From an uncultured Thermoleophilia bacterium (GTDB lineage Bacteria; Actinomycetota; Thermoleophilia; UBA2241): a DNA stretch of 64,000 bases. Under the pieces are notes generated by a model, which searched no databases, was not told the origin of the DNA, and saw only the letters and a program-made list of their open reading frames with translations. Shown piece after piece: positions 44,542 through 52,700 of this stretch (the stretch's first letter is position 1; each line of letters starts with the position of its first letter). Both the position numbers and the translations under genes were made by a program. The stretch covers positions 256,001 through 320,000 of the forward strand of contig CAVQSP010000014.1 of the NCBI GenBank assembly GCA_963715985.1. The letters are read 5' to 3'.

Positions 44542-46116
44542 ATGCCCTCCGACTTCATGACCGACGCGGTCGCCCGCCTGCGGGGCTGGGCCGCGGAACG
44601 CCCGGATGCGGTGCTTCTGCTCACGCGCGGGCGCACCTACACGTACGCCGACGTGCTCGAGCGCGCGTCTGCCGTGGCCGCCGGTCTGCGTGCCGCCGGT
44701 GGCGGCCGCGGCCGCCGCGTCGCTCTGCTTCTGGAGGAGTACGACGAGTTCTTCGTCTGCATGCTCGGCGTGTGGCTGGCGGGGGCCGTGGTCGTACCGC
44801 TCAACACGAGCCTGCCCCGCGCCGACGTCGCCTGGCTGCTCGGCAAGTGCGCGCCGGACCTGCTCGTGCTGCCCGGTGGCGATGCGGCCGCACGCGGCAC
44901 CGCGGGCACGGCCGGCGACGGCGGCCCGCTGCGGCTCGCCGTCGCCGCCGGCCCGGACGGCCGCGTCGAGGGCGTGGTGCCGGTCGGGGAGGCGGGCTCT
45001 GCGTCAGGCGCTTCGTCCGGCCGGCCGTCACGGGCCGGGGACGCCCCGGAGCCTGTGCGCGAGGACGAGACTGCGATGATCATGTTCACCTCGGGCACCA
45101 CCGGGCTGCCCAAGGGCGTCTGCCAGACCCTGCGCGCCGTCTCCAGCAACGCGGGGCACGTGTCGGCGGTGCTGGGCCTGCGCCCCGAGGACCGCATCTT
45201 CATCAACACGCCGCCGTACTTCACGAGCGGCATCTGCCACTTCCTCACGCTGCTCGCCGCCGGCGGCGGTCTGGCCGGTCAGCTGGGGTTCTTCTTCGGC
45301 GCCGGATTGCTGGGAGAGATGGAGGCACAGGGCTGCACCGGCTTCGGCGGGGCGCCCGCGCACCTGGTGCGCGTGGTCGAGCCGCTGGAGGAGCCCCGCG
45401 AGCACGCCTTCCGCTTCTGGGTGAGCAGCGGCGACCACCTTCCGCTGCACGTGATCGAGAAGTTCCGCCGGGTGCTCCCCGGCGTGGACCTCTTCAACAT
45501 GTACGGGCTCACCGAGGTGAGCGGCCGGCTGTGCGTGCTGCCGCCGGCCGAGCTCCACACGCTGGAGGGCTCCGTGGGCCGCCCCATCGGGGACATGCGC
45601 GTGGTGGCGCGGCGCGGCGAAGGCGCCGAGGCGGCGCCCGGCGAGACCGGCGAATTGTTCGTGACGGGCTCGCTGCTCATGCAGGGCTACCTGGACGAGC
45701 CCGAGATCACGGAGCGCACGCTCACAGAGCACGGGCTCAAGACGGGCGACTTCGGGCACGTGGACGCGAGCGGCGCCGTGTGGATCGCCGGGCGCAAGGA
45801 CGACATCATCAAGCGCGGCGGCGAGAAGGTGAGCATCGTGCACGTGCAGCAGGCTCTGCAGGGCCTGGGCCGCTTCGCCGACGTGGCCGTGCTCGCCGCC
45901 CCCGACGACATCCTCGGGCACGTGCCCGTGGCCTTCGTCGTGCCGCACGACAGGGAGGGGTTCAAAGCCTCCCGGCTGCTCCGCGAGCTGCGCGGCGTGC
46001 TGCCGTCCGCCTCCCTGCCCAGCCGCGTGATCGCCGTGGACGAGATCCCGCGCACCGGGTCCGGCAAGGCCATCCGCGCCCGCCTGGAGGAGTTGCTCGC
46101 GGAGGACGCCCGGTGA
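44542..46116 (+). CDS. Stand-alone adenylate-forming (AMP-binding) ligase
   Basis: FTSGTTGLPKG, NMYGLTE, TGD, GRKDDIIKRGGEKV, PRTGSGK. Confidence 0.93.
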   Translation: MPSDFMTDAVARLRGWAAERPDAVLLLTRGRTYTYADVLERASAVAAGLRAAGGGRGRRVALLLEEYDEFFVCMLGVWLAGAVVVPLNTSLPRADVAWLLGKCAPDLLVLPGGDAAARGTAGTAGDGGPLRLAVAAGPDGRVEGVVPVGEAGSASGASSGRPSRAGDAPEPVREDETAMIMFTSGTTGLPKGVCQTLRAVSSNAGHVSAVLGLRPEDRIFINTPPYFTSGICHFLTLLAAGGGLAGQLGFFFGAGLLGEMEAQGCTGFGGAPAHLVRVVEPLEEPREHAFRFWVSSGDHLPLHVIEKFRRVLPGVDLFNMYGLTEVSGRLCVLPPAELHTLEGSVGRPIGDMRVVARRGEGAEAAPGETGELFVTGSLLMQGYLDEPEITERTLTEHGLKTGDFGHVDASGAVWIAGRKDDIIKRGGEKVSIVHVQQALQGLGRFADVAVLAAPDDILGHVPVAFVVPHDREGFKASRLLRELRGVLPSASLPSRVIAVDEIPRTGSGKAIRARLEELLAEDAR

Positions 46117-47180
46117 GGGGCTTCAGGGCCGGCTTCCGCAACCGCAACCCGCTCGTCCTTGTCGTCGCCGGCCTGCTCCTCCTGCCGGCGCTCCTCGGTT
46201 TCCAGTACTACTTCACGAGCGGCGCCTGGAGCGACGTGCCGCTCAAGTATTGGCTGCGCAACCCCACCGACTCGTTCACCTACGTCTCCTGGACCGTGGG
46301 TCACACCAAGCTGCAACCGCCGCCCGCTCCCGCCCTGTATCTGACGGGCGGCTCGTCGGCCCGCGAGGCCCTCGTCAGCGGGGCCGGCCTGGCCGCCGAC
46401 GTGCGCACACTGGGCGGGCCCAGCATCAGCGCCTGGGACCTGGGCTTCATCAACCAGAACTTCGCCGAGACTCTGGCGATCGCCGACAACGTGCCCGCCG
46501 ACGGATCCTGGGTGCTGGTCGGTGTGAACCTGGGACGCTTCGCGTCGTACCCGGCCGCGAACGAGCGCCAGGTGGTGGGTCGCGACCTCCTGCTCAAGAG
46601 CGCCTTCCTGCACAGCTACGTAGCGGACACCTACGGCCACTACACGTACTCGTTCACGATCCTGCCGGGCATCTTCTCGTACCTCACCAGCTATGCGAAG
46701 AAGGACGGCACGAGACTGCTCGAGGGCAAGCTCCCGGCGAGGGAGTACCGCCAGCACCAGTACACCGTGGCCAAGAACCACAGCGACGCCCAGAAGCGGC
46801 GCATGGTCAAGACGTGGCTGGCCGACCGCTACCCCGTGTTCCGCCACAACCTCAAGTACAACCTGGCCATGCTCGAGCAGATCCTCGTGCGCTGCCGCCA
46901 GCGCGGTGTGCACGCCGTGATCGTGGAGCTGCCGCTCAACCGCGACATCGTCGGCAAGCGCTTCGAGAAGGCCATCGTGCTGTACCGCGTGCCTACGATG
47001 GCCCTTGCTGCCGAGTACGACGCGCCCTACGTGGACGTGAACGCCGCGGCCGCAGTGCCGAACCGCGACTTCCACGACCTCTCGCATCTCGTGGAGCCGG
47101 GCCGCGTGCTGTGGCAGCGGCAGCTGGCCAAGGCGCTGGTGCCGCTGCTCGGCGCGGCCACCCCGGGAGGCACGCAGTGA
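46113..47180 (+). CDS. DltD-like SGNH-fold acyltransferase 1
   Basis: N-terminal TM anchor, LTGGSSARE (block I Ser), FHDLSHL (DxxH). Confidence 0.72.
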   Translation: MRGFRAGFRNRNPLVLVVAGLLLLPALLGFQYYFTSGAWSDVPLKYWLRNPTDSFTYVSWTVGHTKLQPPPAPALYLTGGSSAREALVSGAGLAADVRTLGGPSISAWDLGFINQNFAETLAIADNVPADGSWVLVGVNLGRFASYPAANERQVVGRDLLLKSAFLHSYVADTYGHYTYSFTILPGIFSYLTSYAKKDGTRLLEGKLPAREYRQHQYTVAKNHSDAQKRRMVKTWLADRYPVFRHNLKYNLAMLEQILVRCRQRGVHAVIVELPLNRDIVGKRFEKAIVLYRVPTMALAAEYDAPYVDVNAAAAVPNRDFHDLSHLVEPGRVLWQRQLAKALVPLLGAATPGGTQ

Positions 47181-48427
47181 AGATCTACTTCACCGTGTAC
47201 CTCATCCCGGTGGTCGTCATCGCGCTGCTGGTGTTCTGGCTCGCCCTGCGCCGTCAGGAGCGCGCCAAGCTCGTCTTCCTCGCCCTGCTCTCGGTGGGCG
47301 CACTGGCCGTGCTCAACCCGGTCTTCGCGGCCATCGCTGTGGGGCTGGTGCTGATCGCCCACCAGCTGGTGGAGCTCAAGCGGCGCGGCCGCCTCAGCGG
47401 CGGCCGCGTGGTCCTGCTCATCGTGCTCATCGGTGTGGTCACGCTGGCAATCGGCAAGTACGGGCAGCGTGGTGCCATGGCGGTGTGGGGCGACGACGAC
47501 TGGATCGTCGGCCGCCTCATCATGCCGCTGGGCATCAGCTACTTCGTGTTCCGCCTGCTCCAGTACGTGTTCGACTGCATGCGCGGCGTGATCCAGGAGA
47601 ACTCGTTCCTGCGCCTCGTCGCCTTCGTGATGTTCATCCCCACCTTCCCGGCCGGCCCCCTGGAGACCTACCAGGGGTTCTACGAGAAGCGCAGCTACCA
47701 CTTCGACCGCCAGCTCTTCTACCTCGGCCTCCGGCGCATCGCCCTCGGCTACTTCAAGAAGGTCTTCGTGGTCGACTTCCTGTTCTCGATCTTCTTCCAG
47801 GGCATCATCGACGCGGTCAAGGTGGCACACCCCGACTGGAGCGGCATGAACCAGCTCGTGCCGCTGGCCTACGTGATCATCGTGTTCGTGCGCGCCTACT
47901 TCGACCTCTCCGCGTACACCGACCTCGCGATCGGCTTCTCGGCTCTGTTCGGCTTCCGCATCATGGAGAACTTCCACCTGCCCTTCCTGCAGAAGAACCT
48001 CAGCGACTTCTGGCGCAGCTGGCACATCTCCCTCTCCACGTGGTGCCGCAACAACGTGTACTTCCCGGTGTTCGGCCTCACGCGCAAGGTCTGGCTGGGG
48101 CTCTACGCGAGCATGCTCACCATGGGCCTCTGGCACTACGTGGACCTGCAGTGGCTCGCCTGGGGCCTGTACCACGGGACCGGGCTGGTGGTGTTCTCGC
48201 GCTGGGAGCGCTGGAAGAAGAAGCGCCGCAAGGCGCGCAAGAAGGCCGGCAAGCCCCCGGCGGCGGGCTACGAGAAGTTCCTGGGCTGGATCGGCTATCC
48301 CGCCACCTTCCTCTACGTGGCGCTGGGGTACGCGTTCGTCTCGTCGGTCACGTTCCAGCACGCACTCGCCCTCTTCTACAACGCACTCATCGGCCCCATA
48401 CTCTGGCTGACCGGTCATCCTCTGTGA
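47177..48427 (+). CDS. MBOAT family acyltransferase (DltB/AlgI-like)
   Basis: PLGISYFVFR, PAGP, DLSAYTDLAIG, ENF..PF...SDFWRSWHISLSTW, GLWH, WGLYHG. Confidence 0.95.
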   Translation: MKIYFTVYLIPVVVIALLVFWLALRRQERAKLVFLALLSVGALAVLNPVFAAIAVGLVLIAHQLVELKRRGRLSGGRVVLLIVLIGVVTLAIGKYGQRGAMAVWGDDDWIVGRLIMPLGISYFVFRLLQYVFDCMRGVIQENSFLRLVAFVMFIPTFPAGPLETYQGFYEKRSYHFDRQLFYLGLRRIALGYFKKVFVVDFLFSIFFQGIIDAVKVAHPDWSGMNQLVPLAYVIIVFVRAYFDLSAYTDLAIGFSALFGFRIMENFHLPFLQKNLSDFWRSWHISLSTWCRNNVYFPVFGLTRKVWLGLYASMLTMGLWHYVDLQWLAWGLYHGTGLVVFSRWERWKKKRRKARKKAGKPPAAGYEKFLGWIGYPATFLYVALGYAFVSSVTFQHALALFYNALIGPILWLTGHPL

Positions 48428-48431
48428 TGGG

Positions 48432-49643
48432 ATGAGTGTGGCGGTGGCAAAGGAACCCGTCAGCGCCGGCGGCGGGCCGGCGCGCCCGCGCCGCGCAGCC
48501 TTCGCCCGAGGGTTCCGCCAGCGGAACCCTCTGGTGCTCGTCGCCGCGGCGTTGCTCGCCGGCCTGCTGATCCTGCTGGCGCAGCAGGTCTTTCTCCGTG
48601 GCGGTTTCACCGCCGTCTCCGAGGGTCGCTTCCTGCGCATCGAGAACGACGACTACGTCCACCTCGCCTACAGGCTCGCGCAGCTCAAGAAGGACCCGCC
48701 GGTGGGCCCGACCCTGTACCTCTTCGGCGGCTCCGGGGCGATGGAGTCCATCGTGAGTCAGCGCTCGCTGGCGCAGCAGCTCGAGCGCGACGGCGCCGGC
48801 GAGGTCAACGTGATCAGCCTCGCGGCGCACCGCGAGACCCTGGCCGCGACGCTCGCGCTCATCGACAACCTGCCGCCGGGCCAGGTGGCCCTTGCCGTGG
48901 GCCTCACGCCGATGCGCTTCACCACCTCACCGGCAGAGGACGCCGGGCTGCTGCAGGGCAAGCCGATCATCGTGAAGAGCCCCCGGCTGGCCGAGCTGGG
49001 GCCGCGCCTCTACGGTAAGGACTCGCGCTTCTGGGGGCTGCTGCCGGGCATGTTCGACTACGCCGGCGCCTACATCCGCGAGCGCGCCAGCGCCCCCTTC
49101 TGGGGCGTGCGCATCCCCTACGCCCACCACTACTGGCAGAAGGGGGAGACCGGCGCCCTGCCGCTGGCCAAGCGCCGCAACGTGCTCTCGGTGCTGGCTC
49201 GCGACCAGCGGCTGTACGCGGAGAACGCGGACTACAACTTCGAGGTGCTCAGGGAGATCCTGCGCCTGGCCGGCGAGCGCGGGTTCTCCGTGGTGCTGTG
49301 GGACCAGCCCCTCAACGGCTCGGCGGCCGGCCCGGACTGGGCCGGGGTGGTGCCGGCCTACCGCAGGCGCGCCGAGGCGCTGGCGCGCGAGGCCGGCGTG
49401 CCGTATGTGCACCCCGGCGACACCGCCCGCCTGGAGGACGCCGACTTCGCCGACCTCTTCCACCTGCTTGACCGCGGGCGGCTCAAGTGGCAGCCGTCGT
49501 TCTCGAGGGAAGTGACCGCGGCCATCGGCCTGCTGGGCGGCAGCGCCGCGGCCGTGCCCGTCGGCATGGACCAGCCTGCGCCGCCCCCGCTGCCGGAGCC
49601 GTCGCTCTCGCCGATCCTGCCGACGGCTGCGCCCGCGCCTTAG
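48432..49643 (+). CDS. DltD-like SGNH-fold acyltransferase 2
   Basis: N-terminal TM, LFGGSGAME, FADLFHL (DxxH); shares GFR.RNPLVLV with paralog 1. Confidence 0.7.
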   Translation: MSVAVAKEPVSAGGGPARPRRAAFARGFRQRNPLVLVAAALLAGLLILLAQQVFLRGGFTAVSEGRFLRIENDDYVHLAYRLAQLKKDPPVGPTLYLFGGSGAMESIVSQRSLAQQLERDGAGEVNVISLAAHRETLAATLALIDNLPPGQVALAVGLTPMRFTTSPAEDAGLLQGKPIIVKSPRLAELGPRLYGKDSRFWGLLPGMFDYAGAYIRERASAPFWGVRIPYAHHYWQKGETGALPLAKRRNVLSVLARDQRLYAENADYNFEVLREILRLAGERGFSVVLWDQPLNGSAAGPDWAGVVPAYRRRAEALAREAGVPYVHPGDTARLEDADFADLFHLLDRGRLKWQPSFSREVTAAIGLLGGSAAAVPVGMDQPAPPPLPEPSLSPILPTAAPAP

Positions 49644-49644
49644 A

Positions 49645-49765
49645 GAGCGGTGTGCCTGCGCGCATCGAGCGGTTGCCGCGGCGCCCCACTCGCTGGTTTG
49701 CCTGCGGCCGCTAGTGAGCGGTGTGCCTGCGGCGCCCCACTCGCTGGTTTGCCTGCGGCCGCTAG
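49645..49765. repeat. CTAG-bounded ~51-bp repeat, two tandem copies (first degenerate)
   Basis: GAGCGGTGTGCCTGCGGCGCCCCACTCGCTGGTTTGCCTGCGGCCGCTAG; reverse complement recurs at 57179. Confidence 0.9.
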
Positions 49766-50829
49766 CCGCGCGGGATGAAGCGCGCCGCGTCCCAGCCGTC
49801 GGCCACGCGGCGCGCCACCGCGGCCGCCAGCAGGGCGCCGGCCTCGGCGTCGTCGGGCTGCATGACCTCGAACGCCGAGTGCATGTTGCGCACGGGGATG
49901 CTGAAGGAGAGCGTCGCCGCGGTGCCTGCCGCCATGAACTCCTCGGCGTCGGTGGACGTGCGCCCGGGCATGGCTTTGACCTGTACAGGGATGCCCTCTT
50001 CCGCGGCCACCTCGCGTGCCAGCTGCAGCAGGGCCTGATTGCCGGCGGCGCCGCGGTGCAGCACCGGGCCGGCGCCGAGCTTGACCTCGCCGCCGAGCTT
50101 CTTGGCGTCGTTGCCGGGGTCGTCGCTGGCGAAGTCCACGTCGACCACGATGATCACGTCGGGACACAGGCGCCGGGCCGCGGCCTTGGCGCCCATGAAG
50201 GTGGTCTCCTCGTGCACCGTCGTCAGGGCAGTGAGACGGGCGGCCGCGGGCCGCTCCGCGTAGAGCTCCAGGGCGCGGGCGGCCACGTACACGCCGGCAC
50301 GGTCGTCGAACGCCGGTGAGCCGTAGCGCCCGTTGGCCAGCGGCAGGAAGACGGGCGGGAACGTGATGGGGTCGCCGACGCGCACCAGGGCGAGCGCCTC
50401 CTCGCGGGAGGTGGCCCCCACGTCCAGCCACTGCTCGTGCAGCTCCGGCGCCCGCGAGCGCTCTTCCTTGGTCATCTTGTGCGAGGGGCGGCGGCCCACG
50501 ACGCCGTTCACCGGCCCGTCCGGGCCGTGCACGACGAGGTTGCGGCCCGGCAGCAGCTGCGGGTCCACGCCGCCGATCTTGTCGAACGAGATGAAGCCGT
50601 CGTCGTCCACGTAGGTGACGATGAGGCCGATCTGGTCGTTGTGCGCCGTGACGACCACGTGAGGGATGCCGTCCGGCTGCACGTCGGCCCAGACGTTGCC
50701 GAGCGGGTCGCCGTCCACGGCGGCGATGGGGGAGAGGCGCCGGCGAACGACCTCCTGGGCAGGCGCCTCGAAACCGGTGGGCGCCGGCGCGGCGCACAAC
50801 TCACGCAGGAAGTCGAGATCGGTCGGCAT
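49762..50829 (-). CDS. M42 family metallopeptidase
   Basis: PTGFE, AHNDQIG, IGGVDP, FDDRAG, HEET, DVD, STDA, RNMHS. Confidence 0.9.
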   Translation of the reverse strand: MPTDLDFLRELCAAPAPTGFEAPAQEVVRRRLSPIAAVDGDPLGNVWADVQPDGIPHVVVTAHNDQIGLIVTYVDDDGFISFDKIGGVDPQLLPGRNLVVHGPDGPVNGVVGRRPSHKMTKEERSRAPELHEQWLDVGATSREEALALVRVGDPITFPPVFLPLANGRYGSPAFDDRAGVYVAARALELYAERPAAARLTALTTVHEETTFMGAKAAARRLCPDVIIVVDVDFASDDPGNDAKKLGGEVKLGAGPVLHRGAAGNQALLQLAREVAAEEGIPVQVKAMPGRTSTDAEEFMAAGTAATLSFSIPVRNMHSAFEVMQPDDAEAGALLAAAVARRVADGWDAARFIPRG

Positions 50830-51001
50830 GGGTCCCTCCGCGGTCGCACGTGAGTGGGTCGTGCCGGCTCGAGAGGCCGGCGAGCTGAGGGAATCCTATC
50901 GCACGCCGGCCCGGACGGTTCCGGCCGCCGGGCCGCCCGCCACCTGGGCTCGCGCGGTCGGCGGTCCGTCCGCTGCCCGGCCCGCCCCGCCGTAGTATCG
51001 T

Positions 51002-52675
51002 GTGCGCATCGACCCTACGCCTGGCATCCCAACGCGCTCCGCGCAGCGCCGATCCGCGGCCCGCCGCCGCCAGCTCGCGCGACGCCGCGGCGCTCGCGCT
51101 GCTCGTCGGCGTGGTGGTCCTCGCCCTCATCCTGTGGCGGGCGGCGGCCTGCGCCTGCGGAGGCACGCCCGAGGTCAAGGTCACGTACGGCCCCGTGCCG
51201 CCTGCGCCCATCCCGTCGCTCACCGGCGACGGCGTCAAGGTGGGCACCTTCCTCGGCAACTATTCGCGTCGTTTCTACGGGCTGGGTCCAGTGCCCTCAC
51301 GCCTCGACGTGCTTTGGAAGGTGCGTCTGGGCGAGGGCTGGACCAGCGGCAAAGAGGTCACCGACCCGCCCAACAAGTGGGCCGGCAGCGGCTGGACCGG
51401 TATGCCCAACGTGGTCGTGGACAGGGGCAAGACGTACATCGTGGTGGGCGGATACGACCACCGACTCCGCCGCCTGGACGCCGTCACGGGCGACGTGGTC
51501 TGGGAGTACAAGTACGACGACATCATCAAGAGCAGCCCGTCGGTGTTCAAGAACCCGCAGCCCGCGGGCCGCCGACGATGCATACATCGTCTGCGCCGGG
51601 TCGCGGCGCGGGTATCCGCTCGCGATCGACGACCCCAACGTGGCTCCGTACCGGGCCGTCACGTTCGGCAGCGGCAAGGAGCTCTGGCGGCTGCCGGTGC
51701 CGAAGACGGCCTCCTACAGCCGCGACACGGACGGCAGCGGTTTCTTCCTGGACGGGCGCCAGTACATCGGCGTGGAGAGCGGGTGGTTCTACGCCCTCGA
51801 CCCGCTGCAGACCACCGCGTGGAACGGCTTCAAGAAGCCGCAGATCGTCGCCCGGCGCCTGCTGCTCGGCGACGAGCGCGCCGCCGTCTCACGGCGGCAA
51901 CCTCGTGCTCGAATCGTCGGCCTCCGTGCTGGGCAGCCGCATCTACATCGCCTCAGGGGCCGGTCACGTGTACGGCATGCGGCGCGGTGATCTCGCCGTG
52001 ACGTGGGACTACTTCACCGGCTCGGACCTCGACGGCACCGTGGTGCCCACGCGCCGCGGCAAGCTGCTGGTGCCCGTGGAGAAGCAGTACATCAAGGGCC
52101 ACGGCGGAGTGCTCGGCCTCGATCCCACCAAGCCCCCCGAGTCCGCCACGGAGTGGTTCTTCCCCACCGACGAACGCAAGGTGGGGGAGTGGCGCGGCGG
52201 CCTGATCGGCTCCTGCGCCGTCAACGACGAGTACAACCGCGACGGCAAGCTGCCGGCGCTCATCGCCTTCAACGCCATCGACGGGAACACGCACCTGGTC
52301 TCCCAGGACACGATGAGCGGGCAGACCGTCAAGGGTCCCAACCTCGAGCCCGGCCTGCAGACCCCGGTGGAGGTGGCCAAGCTGTGGAACACCGGCGCCG
52401 TCTCCACGCCGCTGCTCCTCGCCGACACGCTCATCACCGCCGCCTACGACCAGCGGGTCCATCTCTACCACCTGACGTTCACGCCCTCCGAGCTGGGTCT
52501 CGAGGGCGCGTTGCCCAGCGCCAACGGCGACGGCAAGTACTGGCGCGTGAGCGTCACCGAGACCGACCAGTTCTTCGCCGGCGCCGGCTTCGAGAGCACC
52601 CCCACACTGTGGGACGGGCGCGTGTACGTGGGCTGCCGCGACGGCTGGTTCTACTGCCTGGGCGACAGACCCTGA
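51002..52675 (+). CDS. Membrane-anchored PQQ-like beta-propeller protein (frameshifts near 51090, 51570 and 51885)
   Basis: TM anchor; WTGMP, GGYD..L..LDAVTG..VW, KSSPS, ESTP.LWDGRVYVG.RDG repeats spread over three frames. Confidence 0.75.
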   Translation: MRIDPTPGIPTRSAQRRSAARRRQLARRRGARAARRRGGPRPHPVAGGGLRLRRHARGQGHVRPRAACAHPVAHRRRRQGGHLPRQLFASFLRAGSSALTPRRALEGASGRGLDQRQRGHRPAQQVGRQRLDRYAQRGRGQGQDVHRGGRIRPPTPPPGRRHGRRGLGVQVRRHHQEQPVGVQEPAARGPPTMHTSSAPGRGAGIRSRSTTPTWLRTGPSRSAAARSSGGCRCRRRPPTAATRTAAVSSWTGASTSAWRAGGSTPSTRCRPPRGTASRSRRSSPGACCSATSAPPSHGGNLVLESSASVLGSRIYIASGAGHVYGMRRGDLAVTWDYFTGSDLDGTVVPTRRGKLLVPVEKQYIKGHGGVLGLDPTKPPESATEWFFPTDERKVGEWRGGLIGSCAVNDEYNRDGKLPALIAFNAIDGNTHLVSQDTMSGQTVKGPNLEPGLQTPVEVAKLWNTGAVSTPLLLADTLITAAYDQRVHLYHLTFTPSELGLEGALPSANGDGKYWRVSVTETDQFFAGAGFESTPTLWDGRVYVGCRDGWFYCLGDRP

Positions 52676-52700
52676 CGGCGGGCGCCCGCGCCGGCGGCGC

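Noticed and set aside
43358-49643. NRPS/PKS secondary-metabolite cluster or canonical dltXABCD
   Set aside because: No condensation, KS or TE domain; the ligase lacks the DltA FSFD signature and the gene content differs from dlt
49645-49765. Possible CRISPR mini-array
   Set aside because: Only two adjacent copies, no unique spacers, no cas genes
43143-49765. tRNA-Leu-anchored integrative island
   Set aside because: No integrase, no duplicated tRNA 3' end seen, and no obvious compositional shift
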